Of a stretch of DNA of 64,000 nucleotides, positions 1-10,697 are shown in pieces. The notes beneath the pieces are model-generated. The model searched no databases, was not told the DNA's origin, and saw nothing but the letters and a program-made list of their open reading frames with translations. Source of the stretch: an uncultured Pseudomonadota bacterium (GTDB lineage: Bacteria > Pseudomonadota > Gammaproteobacteria > Burkholderiales > Casimicrobiaceae); the NCBI GenBank assembly GCA_963709335.1, contig CAVPWB010000009.1, positions 90,997 through 154,996 of the forward strand. The letters are read 5' to 3'. Numbering within the stretch: the stretch's first letter is position 1; the number at the start of each line of letters is the position of its first letter. The position numbers and the translations under genes are program-made.

Positions 1-683
1 ATGTGCTCCAGCACGCGCGGACCGGCGATCGCGCCCTCCTTGGTCACGTGGCCGACGAACAGCACGATCACGCCGCGCTGCTTGGCGAGTCGTGTCAGCT
101 GCGCCGCGCATTCGCGCACCTGGGCGACGCTGCCGGGCGCCGACGCGAGCGCTTCCGTGTAGACGGTCTGGACCGAATCGATGACGACGATTTCCGGCGA
201 CGTTGCGTTGATCGCGGCGACGATGGCCTCGAGCTGCACTTCGGCCAGCAACTCGATCGGCGCGTTCACGAGTCCGAGACGCTGCGCGCGAAGCGCGATC
301 TGCTCGGCGGATTCCTCGCCGGTGACGTACAGCGTCCGATGCGCGGCGCCCAGAGCCGCACCCGCCTGCAGCAGCAGCGTCGACTTGCCGATGCCCGGAT
401 CGCCGCCCAGCAGGATCACGCCGCCCGGCACGAGGCCGCCGCCGAGCACGCGATCGAATTCCTCCAGCCCGGTCGGTATGCGCGACGTCGCGCGCGCCGT
501 GACCGACGCGAGCGGCGTCACCGTTGAGCGCGCACCCGATACGCTTTCGAAGCGGACGGGCGCCGTGGCGGCGACCGTCTCGACGAGCGTGTTCCACACG
601 CCGCAATGCGGGCATTGCCCCTGCCACTTCGGCGACTGACCGCCGCACTCCGTGCACGCGTAGAGCGTCTTGGCCTTCGCCAT
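1..683 (-). CDS. radA: DNA repair protein RadA, N-terminal ~227 codons (3' end lies outside the window)
   Basis: Absent from the ORF track because it runs off the window edge. Minus-strand ATG at 683-681 gives MAKAKTLYACTECGGQSPKWQGQCPHCGVWNTLVET (RadA zinc ribbon). Walker A GGDPGIGKSTLLLQ comes from rc of 363-404. The frame continues ...LAKQRGVIVLFVGHVTKEGAIAGPRVLEH to position 3. Confidence 0.9.
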   Translation of the reverse strand, partial: MAKAKTLYACTECGGQSPKWQGQCPHCGVWNTLVETVAATAPVRFESVSGARSTVTPLASVTARATSRIPTGLEEFDRVLGGGLVPGGVILLGGDPGIGKSTLLLQAGAALGAAHRTLYVTGEESAEQIALRAQRLGLVNAPIELLAEVQLEAIVAAINATSPEIVVIDSVQTVYTEALASAPGSVAQVRECAAQLTRLAKQRGVIVLFVGHVTKEGAIAGPRVLEH

Positions 684-703
684 CGGTCAGCCGCGGCGAA
701 GGA

Positions 704-1669
704 TCAACTGAGCTCGCCGGGTTCGGCGACGGCTGTGCCGAGCTTGCCGACGACGACACCGGCCGCTTCGTTGGCGATCGACATCGCGTCGGGCAGTGTT
801 GCGCCGGCGGCGAGCAATGCGCCGAGCGTCGCGATCACCGTATCGCCGGCGCCGGAAACGTCGAACACCTCGCGGGCCTGCGCGGGGATCGTCAACTCGC
901 CCGCGTCCGAGTAGAGGCTCATCCCTTCCTCGGAGCGCGTGAGCAGCAACGCCTCGACGCCGAGCTGCTGGCGCAGCGCCTGTGCGCGCCGGGTGAGATC
1001 CGCTTCGTCCCGCGCGCGTCCCGCCACCTGGCGAAACTCACTGCGATTGGGCGTGATCACCGTAGCGCCGCGATAGCGGTCCCAGTCGTCGCCCTTGGGG
1101 TCGACCAACACGGGCTTGGAGGCCGCGCGGGCGCGATCGATCATCGTCGCGATGTGCGCGAGACCGCCCTTGCCGTAGTCCGACAGCACGAGCGCATCGG
1201 CATCGGCAAGCAGCGCGTCGAACGCGTCGAGATGCGACGCAAGAAGCTCGTTGGGTGGCGCGGTCTCGAAGTCGATGCGCAGCAATTGCTGTTGGCGGCC
1301 GATGACGCGCAGCTTCACCGTCGTCGTCAGCGCGGCGTCGCGCAGGAACGATGTGCGGATGCGATCGATCGAAAGGAGCCGCAACAGCGTATCGGCCGGC
1401 TCGTCCTCGCCGGTCGCCGACAGCAGCATCGCGTGCGCGCCGAGCGCTGCAACGTTGCGTGCAACGTTCGCGGCGCCGCCGGGACGCTCCTCGGTGCGCG
1501 CGATCCTGACGACAGGCACCGGCGCCTCCGGCGAGATGCGCTCCACGTCGCCGAACCAATAACGGTCGAGCATCACGTCGCCGACGACCAGCACGCGGGC
1601 GCGCGCGACGCGGTCGTGCCACTGCGAGAAGCGCGCACTCGTCGCTGCGACCTCGCCCGGTGCGCTCAT
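704..1669 (-). CDS. hldA: D-glycero-beta-D-manno-heptose-7-phosphate kinase (RfaE domain I type, PfkB/ribokinase fold)
   Basis: 321-aa ORF. N-terminal VLVVGDVMLDRYWFGDVERISPEAPVPVV and C-terminal DVSGAGDTVIA motifs are typical of the HldA/HldE kinase domain. ATG at 1669-1667. Confidence 0.85.
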   Translation of the reverse strand: MSAPGEVAATSARFSQWHDRVARARVLVVGDVMLDRYWFGDVERISPEAPVPVVRIARTEERPGGAANVARNVAALGAHAMLLSATGEDEPADTLLRLLSIDRIRTSFLRDAALTTTVKLRVIGRQQQLLRIDFETAPPNELLASHLDAFDALLADADALVLSDYGKGGLAHIATMIDRARAASKPVLVDPKGDDWDRYRGATVITPNRSEFRQVAGRARDEADLTRRAQALRQQLGVEALLLTRSEEGMSLYSDAGELTIPAQAREVFDVSGAGDTVIATLGALLAAGATLPDAMSIANEAAGVVVGKLGTAVAEPGELS

Positions 1670-1695
1670 GCCTCGACCTCGCCCGGTGCGCTCAT
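1648..1695. repeat. 22-bp perfect direct repeat (2 copies, 4-bp spacer) spanning the ugd stop / hldA start junction
   Basis: cgacctcgcccggtgcgctcat occurs at 1648-1669 and again at 1674-1695. On the minus strand each copy reads ATGAGCGCACCGGGCGAGGTCG, which is a start-codon region. Confidence 0.95.
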
Positions 1696-3014
1696 CGCCG
1701 ACCCATCGAAAAATGCTCGAAGCCGGCGTCGCGGACGACGTCAGGCTCGTAGAGATTGCGTCCGTCGAAGATTACCGGCTGGCGCAGGTGCCGTCGCAGC
1801 AAATCGAAATCGGGGCTGCGGAACTCTTTCCATTCGGTGACCACGACAAGCGCGTCGGCCCCTTCGCAAGCGGCGAGCGGATTGGCGGCGAAGGAAAGGC
1901 GCCGCACGTCGCCGAGCACGCGCTTCGCTTCTTCGATAGCCACCGGGTCGTAGGCCGAAATCGTTGCGCCATGGTGCAGCAACGCGTCGATGATCACGCG
2001 CGACGGCGCTTCGCGCATGTCGTCGGTGTTCGGCTTGAACGCGAGCCCCCACAACGCGAAGCGGCAGCGCGAGAGATCGTCGCCGAAACGCGCAATGATC
2101 TTGTCCACGAGCACGCGCTTCTGCGCTTCGTTGGCGGCCTCGACGGCGCCGAGCACCTTCAGCGGTGTGCCCGCGCGCTGGGCGGTGAACTGCAGGGCGC
2201 GCACGTCCTTCGGAAAGCAGCTGCCGCCATAGCCGACGCCGGGATACAGGAATTGCCAGCCGATGCGCGGATCCGATCCGATGCCCTGGCGCACCGATTC
2301 GATGTCGGCGCCGAGCCGCTCGGCAAGGTTCGCAAGCTCGTTCATGAACGAAATGCGCGTGGCGAGCATTGCGTTGGCCGCGTACTTGGTGAGCTCTGCC
2401 GAGCGCACATCCATCACGAGCAGCCGCTCGCGATTGCGCTGGAATGGCGCATAGACGTTGCGCAGGATGCCAATCGCGCGCTCGTCATGGGCGCCGATCA
2501 CGATGCGATCGGGCTTCATGAAATCGTCGATCGCGGCCCCTTCCTTCAGGAACTCGGGATTCGACGCCACAGCGTAGGGAATGTCGACGCCGCGCGCCGC
2601 GAGCGCCTCGGCGATCGTCGTGCGCACGCGATCGGCGGTTCCGACGGGCACCGTCGATTTGTCGACGACCAGCGTCCACTGCGTCATCCGGCGCCCGATG
2701 TTGCGCGCGGCCTGCAGCACGTACTGCATGTCCGCGCTGCCGTCCTCGTCGGGCGGCGTGCCCACCGCGATGAACTGCACGGTGGCGTGGCCGACTGCGG
2801 CGTCGATATCGGTCGTGAAGCGCAAGCGCCCCGCGTGCACGTTGCGGCGAATCATCGGCTCGAGGCCGGGCTCGTGGATCGGCACGCCGCCGCTTTGCAG
2901 CACGTCGATCTTGCGCGCGTCGATGTCGACGCATAGCACGTCGTTGCCCACTTCGGCGAGGCATGTTCCGGTGACGAGCCCGACGTACCCCGTGCCGATC
3001 ATCGTGATCTTCAT
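1692..3014 (-). CDS. ugd: UDP-glucose 6-dehydrogenase
   Basis: ORF-track entry 1692..3509 is over-extended by an Arg/Ala-rich N-terminus. The recognisable protein starts at [32 protein letters not shown] (Rossmann GxGxxG). Its ATG at 3014-3012 overlaps the pyrF stop as ATGA. Confidence 0.85.
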   Translation of the reverse strand: MKITMIGTGYVGLVTGTCLAEVGNDVLCVDIDARKIDVLQSGGVPIHEPGLEPMIRRNVHAGRLRFTTDIDAAVGHATVQFIAVGTPPDEDGSADMQYVLQAARNIGRRMTQWTLVVDKSTVPVGTADRVRTTIAEALAARGVDIPYAVASNPEFLKEGAAIDDFMKPDRIVIGAHDERAIGILRNVYAPFQRNRERLLVMDVRSAELTKYAANAMLATRISFMNELANLAERLGADIESVRQGIGSDPRIGWQFLYPGVGYGGSCFPKDVRALQFTAQRAGTPLKVLGAVEAANEAQKRVLVDKIIARFGDDLSRCRFALWGLAFKPNTDDMREAPSRVIIDALLHHGATISAYDPVAIEEAKRVLGDVRRLSFAANPLAACEGADALVVVTEWKEFRSPDFDLLRRHLRQPVIFDGRNLYEPDVVRDAGFEHFSMGRR

Positions 3015-3736
3015 GCGGAATTTCCAAGGCTGCGATTGATATCCGCAAGCGCTGCGACGGGGTCGGCCGCCGCCGTGATCGGACGGCCGATCACCAGGTA
3101 ATCGGCGCCGCCTTGCGCCGCCATCTCGGGTGTTGCAATTCGCGTCTGGTCGTCCCTGGCGCTGCCTGCGAGCCTGATCCCGGGCGTTACGAGTGCGAAG
3201 TCCGGCCCGAACGCCGAGCGCATCGACGGGGCTTCGACCGGCGAGCACACGATTCCGTCGAGCCCGCAATCGCGCGCGAGCGCCGCGAGGCGCAGCACGT
3301 GGCGTCCTGCGTCGAGGTCGATGCCCGTCTCCTTCAGCGCCGCCTGGTCGAGGCTCGTCAGCACCGTGACGGCAACGAGCAGCGGACGAGCGACACCCGT
3401 CTCCGCCGCGGTCGCTGCGACGGCGTCTCGTGCGGCCTTGAGCATCGGCCTTCCGCCGGACGCGTGGACGTTCAGCATCCACACACCGAGCCGAGTCGCC
3501 GCTGCGCACGCTTGCGCAACGGTGTTGGGGATGTCGTGGAACTTGAGGTCGAGAAATACGTTGAAGCCACGCTCGACCATCCAGCGCACGGGGTCCGGTC
3601 CCGCGGTGACGAACAGCTCCTTGCCGACCTTCAGCCCGCAGTCGTGGGGATCGAGGTTTTCAGCGAGCCCGAGCGCACGCATCGGATTGGCGAAGTCGAG
3701 CGCGACGATGACGCGCGGGCGTGGGGAGGAGCTCAT
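3011..3736 (-). CDS. pyrF: orotidine 5'-phosphate decarboxylase
   Basis: 241-aa ORF with VIVALDF...GLKVGKELF...[13 protein letters not shown]...DYLVIGRPI, the classic OMP decarboxylase motifs. Confidence 0.9.
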   Translation of the reverse strand: MSSSPRPRVIVALDFANPMRALGLAENLDPHDCGLKVGKELFVTAGPDPVRWMVERGFNVFLDLKFHDIPNTVAQACAAATRLGVWMLNVHASGGRPMLKAARDAVAATAAETGVARPLLVAVTVLTSLDQAALKETGIDLDAGRHVLRLAALARDCGLDGIVCSPVEAPSMRSAFGPDFALVTPGIRLAGSARDDQTRIATPEMAAQGGADYLVIGRPITAAADPVAALADINRSLGNSA

Positions 3737-3770
3737 GGCAGGAACCTGGCGCGTGTCGGCGCAAAAAGCA

Positions 3771-4949
3771 TCACGTGTAGCCGTCGGGCATCTCGGTGCG
3801 CTTGGGCGAATACGTTTCCCATTTCTGACAACCGGGGCAGCGCCAATAGTATTGCCGTGCGCGAAAACCGCAGTTGTCGCATTTATACAGGCCGAGGCGC
3901 TTGATGTGCTGGCTGACGAGTCCCTTGACGAGCTCGAGATCGTGCCGCCGGTCGGGGGGTGATGTCAGCAACTGCGCTTCCAGGAGTCGGTCGAGTCCGA
4001 TCAGCGTGGGATTGCGTGCAAGCTCGTCCTTGATCAATGTCGCGGCGGCGATCGGACCTTCGTGCTCGAGCACCAGCGTAAAGAGCGCGTTCAATAGATC
4101 GAGCGACGGATACTGCGTCTGGTAATTGCGCAGGCGCCGGATGCCGGTGGGCAGGTCGCTAAGCCGGCGGTATGCGTCGGCGAAGCGATCGGCGGCGAGT
4201 GCGAGGAATGCCGGATTCTGCGACTCGATCCGTTGCCACGCTTCGACGGCGGCAAGCCAGTCGCTGTTCTGGACGGCAAGATCGCCCTGGATCAGCATCG
4301 CGCGCGCGCAGCCGCGGTGCGCGGCGAGCGCATGCTCGATCTCGGCTTTTGCGGCAGACGTGTCGGAGCGCAGCAGCGCGGCTTGTGCGAGCTCGCAGTG
4401 ATATTGGGCGATCTCCTTGTAGTACGGCTGCTTGGCGAGAACCTCCATCCGTTGCGTCGCCGCGATCGCCTTCGGCCAGTCCTTCTCGGTTTCGTAGATG
4501 GAGATCAGGTGCGACAAGGCGGAATGCTCGAACGGCGTGTCGTCGAGCTTGCGAAAGAGCGCTTCCGCCCGATCGAGAAGGCCGGCGCGATGAAAGTCCT
4601 GCGCGAGCTCGTAGGTTGCCATCGTCCGCTTGTCCGCCGGCAGCGTGGGACGGTCGAGCAGGTTCTGGTGCATGCGGATCGCGCGCTCGGTTTCACCCTG
4701 GCGCCGGAACAGCGAACCCAACGCGAAATGGAGGTCGATCGTCTGGGGGTCGACCTTGACGACCTCGATAAACGACTCGATCGCCTTGTCGGGTTGCTCG
4801 TTCAGCAGGAAATTGAGGCCGCGGAAATACGACAGCGGCAACGCGCGCGATTCGGTGAGCAGATGCTTGATGTCGATGCGCGCGGCAATCCAACCCATCG
4901 CAAAAAAGATCGCGGGGATCGGCAGCAGCCACCAGAGCTCGAAATCCAT
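3771..4949 (-). CDS. lapB: lipopolysaccharide assembly protein LapB (YciM): N-terminal TM helix, TPR repeats, C-terminal rubredoxin-like zinc site
   Basis: 392 aa. TM start [26 protein letters not shown]-rich body, C-terminal [26 protein letters not shown]. Confidence 0.9.
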   Translation of the reverse strand: MDFELWWLLPIPAIFFAMGWIAARIDIKHLLTESRALPLSYFRGLNFLLNEQPDKAIESFIEVVKVDPQTIDLHFALGSLFRRQGETERAIRMHQNLLDRPTLPADKRTMATYELAQDFHRAGLLDRAEALFRKLDDTPFEHSALSHLISIYETEKDWPKAIAATQRMEVLAKQPYYKEIAQYHCELAQAALLRSDTSAAKAEIEHALAAHRGCARAMLIQGDLAVQNSDWLAAVEAWQRIESQNPAFLALAADRFADAYRRLSDLPTGIRRLRNYQTQYPSLDLLNALFTLVLEHEGPIAAATLIKDELARNPTLIGLDRLLEAQLLTSPPDRRHDLELVKGLVSQHIKRLGLYKCDNCGFRARQYYWRCPGCQKWETYSPKRTEMPDGYT

Positions 4950-4970
4950 ACGTCGATTCGGTGTCGGTTC

Positions 4971-5300
4971 CTAGAAGCCGGTCGACGGTGGCTCGAACCC
5001 CGGTCCCGACGCAGGCGCGGTGCCGGGTGCCTTGACGTGAGTGATCGGCTGCGTCAACTGCGTGCGCTGTTCGCGGCGCATCCGGCTCACCTGCCGCTTG
5101 AGTCGCGCGACCTTGACCGCTGCGGCGAGAAGGCCGAGCGCTACACCGGCGGCGAAAGCGATCAATACGACGAACACGAGAGGCGCCTGCCACGCATAGA
5201 AGCTGAACACGCGCAGCGTCACCGGCTCGGCGTTCTGCAGCGAGATGAACAGCAGCGCGACAAAGATCACCGACATGACGATCCAGCGCAGCACGCTCAT
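4971..5300 (-). CDS. lapA: lipopolysaccharide assembly protein LapA (YciS), small inner-membrane protein
   Basis: ORF 4971..5390 trimmed to the internal ATG at 5300-5298 (MSVLRWIVMSVIFVALLFISLQNAEPVTL...). Two TM helices, located directly upstream of lapB as in other proteobacteria. Confidence 0.7.
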   Translation of the reverse strand: MSVLRWIVMSVIFVALLFISLQNAEPVTLRVFSFYAWQAPLVFVVLIAFAAGVALGLLAAAVKVARLKRQVSRMRREQRTQLTQPITHVKAPGTAPASGPGFEPPSTGF

Positions 5301-5391
5301 GGTCTCGATCTTTCCGGATGTCCATCGAATGCACGCGGATTGCGGATGCCGCAATGCGCGACCGGCATGCGGCGGCCATCCACAAGCCACG

Positions 5392-5429
5392 AAAAAAAGG
5401 CGGCCGGCGCGTTGCGCGCTGCGACCGCC
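5392..5429 (-). terminator. intrinsic terminator after ihfB
   Basis: The minus strand reads ggcggtcgcagcgcgcaacgcgccggccgcc followed by TTTTTTT (plus-strand A-run 5392-5398). This is a GC-rich stem with a small bulge, 19 nt after the ihfB stop. Confidence 0.6.
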
Positions 5430-5447
5430 CTGCCGAGTCTCATCGAA

Positions 5448-5741
5448 TCAATCCTGCCCGACGTCGAAATCGACACGCTCCCGCAGTTCCTTGCCGGCCT
5501 TGAAGTGCGGCACATATTTTTCAGGGACCTGCACTTTCTCGCCCGACTTCGGATTGCGTCCGGTCCGCGGAGGCCGATAGTTCAAGCCGAAGCTACCGAA
5601 CCCGCGGATCTCGATGCGCTCCCCTTTCGCGAGGCTTTCCGCCATCGCGTCGAGGACCATCTTCACCGCAAGCTCGGCATCCTTGGCAACCAGTTGCGGA
5701 AACTGCGCCGCGAGGCGGTCGATCAGCTCCGATTTGGTCAT
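5448..5741 (-). CDS. ihfB: integration host factor subunit beta
   Basis: 97 aa: [11 protein letters not shown]...[54 protein letters not shown] fold, located downstream of rpsA. Confidence 0.9.
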   Translation of the reverse strand: MTKSELIDRLAAQFPQLVAKDAELAVKMVLDAMAESLAKGERIEIRGFGSFGLNYRPPRTGRNPKSGEKVQVPEKYVPHFKAGKELRERVDFDVGQD

Positions 5742-5757
5742 CTCGAGAACCCCGCCG

Positions 5758-7482
5758 TCAACCGTTGGCCTTGTTGTCGAGCTTCGCCTTCAGGAGCGCA
5801 CCGAGATTCGTCGTCCCGGTCGTCGTGCCTGCGTTCTCGGATGTGATCCGCTGCATCGCCTCCGATTCGTCGGCGTTGTCCTTCGCCTTGATCGAAAGGT
5901 TGATGCTGCGGTTCTTGCGGTCGACGTTGATGATCATCGCGTTGACCGTGTCGCCTTCCTTCAGCCGCGTGCGGATGTCCTCGACGCGGTCACGCGACAC
6001 TTCCGATGCACGCAGGTAGCCTTCGATGTCGCCACCCAGCGAGATCACGCCACCCTTCGCATCGAGACTCTTGACCGTTCCCGACACGATGCTGCCCTTG
6101 TCGTGGACGGCGACGAAGTTGCTGAACGGATCGCCTTCGAGCTGCTTGATGCCAAGCGAGATCCGCTCGCGCTCGACGTCGATCGCGAGCACGACCGCCT
6201 CGACTTCCTGTCCCTTCTTGTAGTCGCGAACCGCCGTTTCGCCGGCATTGGCCCACGACAGGTCGGACAGGTGTACGAGGCCGTCGATGCCTCCCGGCAG
6301 TCCGACGAACACGCCGAAGTCGGTGATCGACTTGATCTGCCCCGAAACCTTGTCGCCCTTCTTGTGGTTGATCGCGAACTCGTCCCACGGGTTGGGCATG
6401 CACTGCTTCATGCCGAGCGAGATGCGACGGCGGTCCTCGTCGATTTCGAGGATCATCACTTCGACCTCGTCACCGAGCTGCACGACCTTCGTCGGATGGA
6501 TGTTCTTGTTCGTCCAATCCATTTCCGACACGTGCACGAGACCTTCGATGCCCGACTCGATCTCGACGAACGCGCCGTAATCGGTGATGTTCGTAACCTT
6601 GCCGAAGAGGCGCGTTCCCGGCGGATAGCGGCGCGACAGTCCGACCCACGGATCGTCGCCAAGCTGCTTTAAGCCCAGTGAAACGCGGTTCTTCTCCTGG
6701 TCGAACTTCAGCACCTTCGCCGTCACCTCGTCGCCGACCGCCAGCACCTCCGACGGATGCTTGACGCGCCGCCAGGCGAGATCGGTGATGTGCAGCAAGC
6801 CATCGATGCCGCCCAGGTCGACGAACGCGCCGTAGTCGGTGATGTTCTTGACGATGCCCTTGACGACCGCGCCTTCCGACAACGTCGACAGAAGCTTTTC
6901 GCGCTCCTCGCCCAGGCTTTCCTCGAGCACTGCGCGACGCGACACGACGACGTTGTTGCGCTTGCGATCGAGCTTGATGACCTTGAAGTCGAGTTGCTTG
7001 TTCTCGAACGGCGACGTGTCCTTGACCGGACGGATGTCGACGAGCGATCCGGGCAGGAATGCGCGGATGCCGTTGATCATCACCGTCAGCCCGCCCTTTA
7101 CCTTGCTGGTGACGAGGCCCTGCACGACGGAGCCCTGCTCCATCGACGCTTCCAGATCGTGCCAGGCCTTGAGGCGCTTCGCCTTGTCGCGCGACAGCCG
7201 CGTTTCCCCATAGCCGTTTTCCAGACTCTCGATCGCGACGGTAACGAAATCACCGGCCTTGACCTCGACTTCGCCCTTGTCGTCCTTGAACTCCTCGATC
7301 GGGATGAAGCTCTCCGACTTGAGGCCCGCATTGACGACGACGATGTTGTAATCGACGCGGATCACTTCCGCGGTGATGAGCTCGCCCTGGCGCATTTCCT
7401 GGCGCGCGAGGGATTCCTCGAAGAGCGCCGCGAAATTCTCGACGCCCGGCGTGGGTGTTGCTACTTGCGTGGCGGTAGCCAT
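5758..7482 (-). CDS. rpsA: 30S ribosomal protein S1
   Basis: 574 aa with six repeated S1 domains (e.g. [63 protein letters not shown]). Confidence 0.95.
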   Translation of the reverse strand: MATATQVATPTPGVENFAALFEESLARQEMRQGELITAEVIRVDYNIVVVNAGLKSESFIPIEEFKDDKGEVEVKAGDFVTVAIESLENGYGETRLSRDKAKRLKAWHDLEASMEQGSVVQGLVTSKVKGGLTVMINGIRAFLPGSLVDIRPVKDTSPFENKQLDFKVIKLDRKRNNVVVSRRAVLEESLGEEREKLLSTLSEGAVVKGIVKNITDYGAFVDLGGIDGLLHITDLAWRRVKHPSEVLAVGDEVTAKVLKFDQEKNRVSLGLKQLGDDPWVGLSRRYPPGTRLFGKVTNITDYGAFVEIESGIEGLVHVSEMDWTNKNIHPTKVVQLGDEVEVMILEIDEDRRRISLGMKQCMPNPWDEFAINHKKGDKVSGQIKSITDFGVFVGLPGGIDGLVHLSDLSWANAGETAVRDYKKGQEVEAVVLAIDVERERISLGIKQLEGDPFSNFVAVHDKGSIVSGTVKSLDAKGGVISLGGDIEGYLRASEVSRDRVEDIRTRLKEGDTVNAMIINVDRKNRSINLSIKAKDNADESEAMQRITSENAGTTTGTTNLGALLKAKLDNKANG

Positions 7483-7681
7483 GAGGGTTGGTTCCTTCTT
7501 GCATGTGCCGTCTCGCGCGAGAACCCGTTATCTCGCAGCGGGACGGGCAGGTTGATGAAGTCCGCAGTGGTCCGCGCCGGCTAAAGCGCGCCCTGCGGCC
7601 CTTTGCGTGAACTCGCGGGGTCGAGCGCGGCATTCGTTTTCAACGCCGCACGCAAGCCTGCCAGCCATGCAGTCGAATGCT

Positions 7682-8383
7682 CTAGCGTGCACCGGGCCGC
7701 TCGCGATGGAATGCGAGTACGGCCTCGGTCACCTCGGCAATCGACAGATCGGTCGTATCGAGGATCACGGCGTCGCGGGCCGGCACGAGCGGGGCTGCTG
7801 CTCGCGTCGAATCCCGGGCGTCACGCTCCCGGATATCGCGCAAAAGACCCTGAATGGTAACCGAGATTCCTTTTGCGATCAACTGCTTATGCCGCCGTTC
7901 GGCGCGCTGTTCGGCGCTGGCGGTCAGGAAAACCTTCAATTGCGCATCCGGGAAAACGACGGTACCCATGTCGCGCCCCTCGGCGACCAGCCCGGGCGCC
8001 GCCCGGAAGGCACGCTGCCGCTCGATCAGCGCACGGCGCAGGCTCGCGTGGACCGCGATCTGCGACGCAACCGATGACACCTCCTCGGTTCGCAGCGCAT
8101 CGGCGACGTCGCGGCCGTCGAGCATCGCCCGGCCCCCGCGAAAAGAGATGTCGAGGCCCGGGCACAGCTCGACGAGCCGCGCGGCATCCGTCGGATCGAT
8201 CGAGCGCTCGAGCGCCTGCAGCGCGATCAGCCGGTACAACGATCCGCTGTCGAGGTAATGAAATCCGAGCGCGCGCGCGACGCTCCAGGCGATCGTGCCC
8301 TTGCCGGAAGCGGCCGGCCCGTCGATCGCGATAACGGGCGGCCTCACCGCGGCCGGTGCGGCAGGCGTTGCAGGCTCAGCCAT
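7682..8383 (-). CDS. cmk: cytidylate kinase
   Basis: ORF 7682..8488 trimmed to the ATG at 8383-8381 ([10 protein letters not shown]...). P-loop [14 protein letters not shown]. Overlaps the aroA stop by 8 nt. Confidence 0.9.
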   Translation of the reverse strand: MAEPATPAAPAAVRPPVIAIDGPAASGKGTIAWSVARALGFHYLDSGSLYRLIALQALERSIDPTDAARLVELCPGLDISFRGGRAMLDGRDVADALRTEEVSSVASQIAVHASLRRALIERQRAFRAAPGLVAEGRDMGTVVFPDAQLKVFLTASAEQRAERRHKQLIAKGISVTIQGLLRDIRERDARDSTRAAAPLVPARDAVILDTTDLSIAEVTEAVLAFHRERPGAR

Positions 8384-9779
8384 GTCGCACGACCGCGGCG
8401 AGCGCGTCGAAGTACCCGGGGAACGTCTTGCGGACGCAGCCCGGGTCGTTGATCGTGATGCCCGTGCCGCCGAGGGCCGCGAGCGCAAAGCACATCGCCA
8501 TCCGGTGATCGTCGTACGTGTCGATTGCCGCGTTGCGAAACGTGGCGAGCGGGGCGACCTCGAGCCAGTCGTTGCCGGCCTTAAGCGTCGCGCCGAGCTT
8601 GCCGAGCTCGGTTGCCATCGCCGCGATGCGATCCGTTTCCTTGACGCGCCAGCTGCCGATGTTCGCGAGGCGTGTCGGCGCTGTCGCGAACAGTGCCACG
8701 ATTGCGAGGGTCATCGCGGCGTCCGGGATCTCGATGCAGTCGATCGTGCCGCCGGCCAGCGGCCGTCCGCGCCGCGCCTCGATCCAGTCGGGCCCGTAGC
8801 GGATATCCGCCCCCTGCCGCGCGAGAACCTCGGCGAACGCGACATCGCCCTGGATCGAGTCACGTCCCACGCCAGTCACGCGCACGGGCCCGCCCCCGAT
8901 GACGCCGGCGGCGAGAAAGTACGACGCGGCGGAAGCGTCTCCCTCGACATGCAGATCGCCTGGACTCCGGTAACCGGACGTCGCGGGTACGACGAACGTC
9001 ACCGGATCCGGGGTCTGCACGGCGACACCGAAACGGCGCATCAGCCGCGTCGTGATTTCGACGTAGGGCCGCGAGATCAGCGGCGTGGTGAGCGTCACGG
9101 TGGTCGCGGCATCACGCGCGCCTTGCGCGATCGGCAGCGCCATCAGCAACGCGGACAGGAATTGGCTCGAAACGTCGCCGCGAATTGGAATGCGTCCACC
9201 GGCCCGCCCGCCGGTGCTGCCGATCGCGAGAGGCGGATAGCCATCGTTGCGCGTGTAGCGAATGTCGCAGCCCAGTAGCCGCAGCGCGTCGACGAGATCG
9301 CCGATCGGCCGCTCGTGCATCCGCGGCACGCCCGCCAGCGCATAGTCACCGCCCTGCACGGCCAGCGCCGCCGTGAGCGGACGCACGGCCGTTCCTGCAT
9401 TGCCGAGGAACAGCGACGCGGCGCGAACCGGAAACTGGGCGCCCGTGCCGAGAACCTTGGCCGCATCCGGCGTGCGCTCGACGAGGACGCCGAGCGTGCG
9501 CAGCGCGTTCAGCATGTGCGCCGTGTCGTCGGCATCGAGAAGGCCGAAGAGCCGCGTCGAGCCACTTGCCAGCGCTGCCAGCAGCAGCGTGCGGTTGGAG
9601 ATGCTCTTCGAACCGGGGAGCACAACGACGCCCTCGACGCCGGCGATCGGCGCGACATCCAACGCCGCACTGTCAGCGGCTGCGGCGCCCGTGTGATCCC
9701 CCCGCGAGTGCGGCTTCGCCGCTGCGCTGCCCCCGGTGGGGACGGAATCCTCGCCTCGAGACGGCTCTGCGTCGCTCAT
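8376..9779 (-). CDS. aroA: 3-phosphoshikimate 1-carboxyvinyltransferase (EPSP synthase)
   Basis: 467 aa with the [20 protein letters not shown] signature. About 40 aa of N-terminal extension precede the conserved core, so the start at 9779 is uncertain; a downstream TTG near 9663 is possible. Confidence 0.9.
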   Translation of the reverse strand: MSDAEPSRGEDSVPTGGSAAAKPHSRGDHTGAAAADSAALDVAPIAGVEGVVVLPGSKSISNRTLLLAALASGSTRLFGLLDADDTAHMLNALRTLGVLVERTPDAAKVLGTGAQFPVRAASLFLGNAGTAVRPLTAALAVQGGDYALAGVPRMHERPIGDLVDALRLLGCDIRYTRNDGYPPLAIGSTGGRAGGRIPIRGDVSSQFLSALLMALPIAQGARDAATTVTLTTPLISRPYVEITTRLMRRFGVAVQTPDPVTFVVPATSGYRSPGDLHVEGDASAASYFLAAGVIGGGPVRVTGVGRDSIQGDVAFAEVLARQGADIRYGPDWIEARRGRPLAGGTIDCIEIPDAAMTLAIVALFATAPTRLANIGSWRVKETDRIAAMATELGKLGATLKAGNDWLEVAPLATFRNAAIDTYDDHRMAMCFALAALGGTGITINDPGCVRKTFPGYFDALAAVVRHG

Positions 9780-9788
9780 GGGCTCGCT

Positions 9789-10697
9789 TCATTTCGCCGC
9801 GCTGGCGCTCGCCGCGATTCCACCTGCCGTCTCACCCCATTGCCGGCGCGCTGTGGACGCACGCGACAGCATCGTGTCGAGCGCCGCGCAGTCACCGTGC
9901 TCGATCGACAGCGCGAGCGCGTCGAGTGCCGTCCGATACGCGGCGAGTTCGACCAACAGCGCATCGCGGTTGGCGAGTGCGATGTCGCGCCACATCTCCG
10001 GCGAGCTCCCTGCGATGCGCGTGAAATCGCGAAAGCCGCTGCCCGCATTGCCGAAGTACTCAGCGCCGTCCTTGCGCGACGCGAGCTCGGAGACCAGAGC
10101 GGACGCTAGCAAATGGGGCATATGCGACACGGCGGCCAGGACCTGGTCGTGCCGCGCGGGATCGAGACGCGCGATGCGCGCGCCACATGCGGTCCAGAAA
10201 TCGGCTACGAGCGCATACGCATCCGGCGACGTCTCGGGAAGCGGCGTCAGGATCACCTGGCGGCCGACGTAGAGCGACGGATCGCCCGCATCGGCGCCGC
10301 TGTGCTCGTTGCCCGCGATCGGATGGCCCGGCACGAACTGCGGCAACCTGGAGCGCAACGTCTCGCGCGCCGCAAGCACGACGTCCTGCTTCGTGCTGCC
10401 GGCGTCGGTGACCACCGAGCGCTCGTGCAGCACGTTGCCGAGCGCGCTCAGCACCGGCCGGTATTGCGCGGCGGGAATCGCAATCAGCACGAGATCCGCG
10501 TCGGCGACCTCGGGTGTCCAGTCGTCTGCGAGGAGCACGCCGCGGTCGATCACGCCGCGTGCGAGTGCGCGATCGAGATTCCCCTGCGAGCGGCCCACGC
10601 CGACGACGCGCGACACGCCACCGGCGGCGCGCAGCGCCAGCGCGCACGATGCGCCGATGAGACCGACGCCGATGACGGCGAGCTTATCGATGCGCAC
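9789..10697 (-). CDS. tyrA: prephenate dehydrogenase
   Basis: NAD-binding KLAVIGVGLIGASCALALR. ORF 9789..10814 trimmed to the in-frame GTG at 10697 (VRIDKLAV...), which overlaps the hisC stop (10684-10686). Start is uncertain. Confidence 0.8.
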   Translation of the reverse strand: MRIDKLAVIGVGLIGASCALALRAAGGVSRVVGVGRSQGNLDRALARGVIDRGVLLADDWTPEVADADLVLIAIPAAQYRPVLSALGNVLHERSVVTDAGSTKQDVVLAARETLRSRLPQFVPGHPIAGNEHSGADAGDPSLYVGRQVILTPLPETSPDAYALVADFWTACGARIARLDPARHDQVLAAVSHMPHLLASALVSELASRKDGAEYFGNAGSGFRDFTRIAGSSPEMWRDIALANRDALLVELAAYRTALDALALSIEHGDCAALDTMLSRASTARRQWGETAGGIAASASAAK

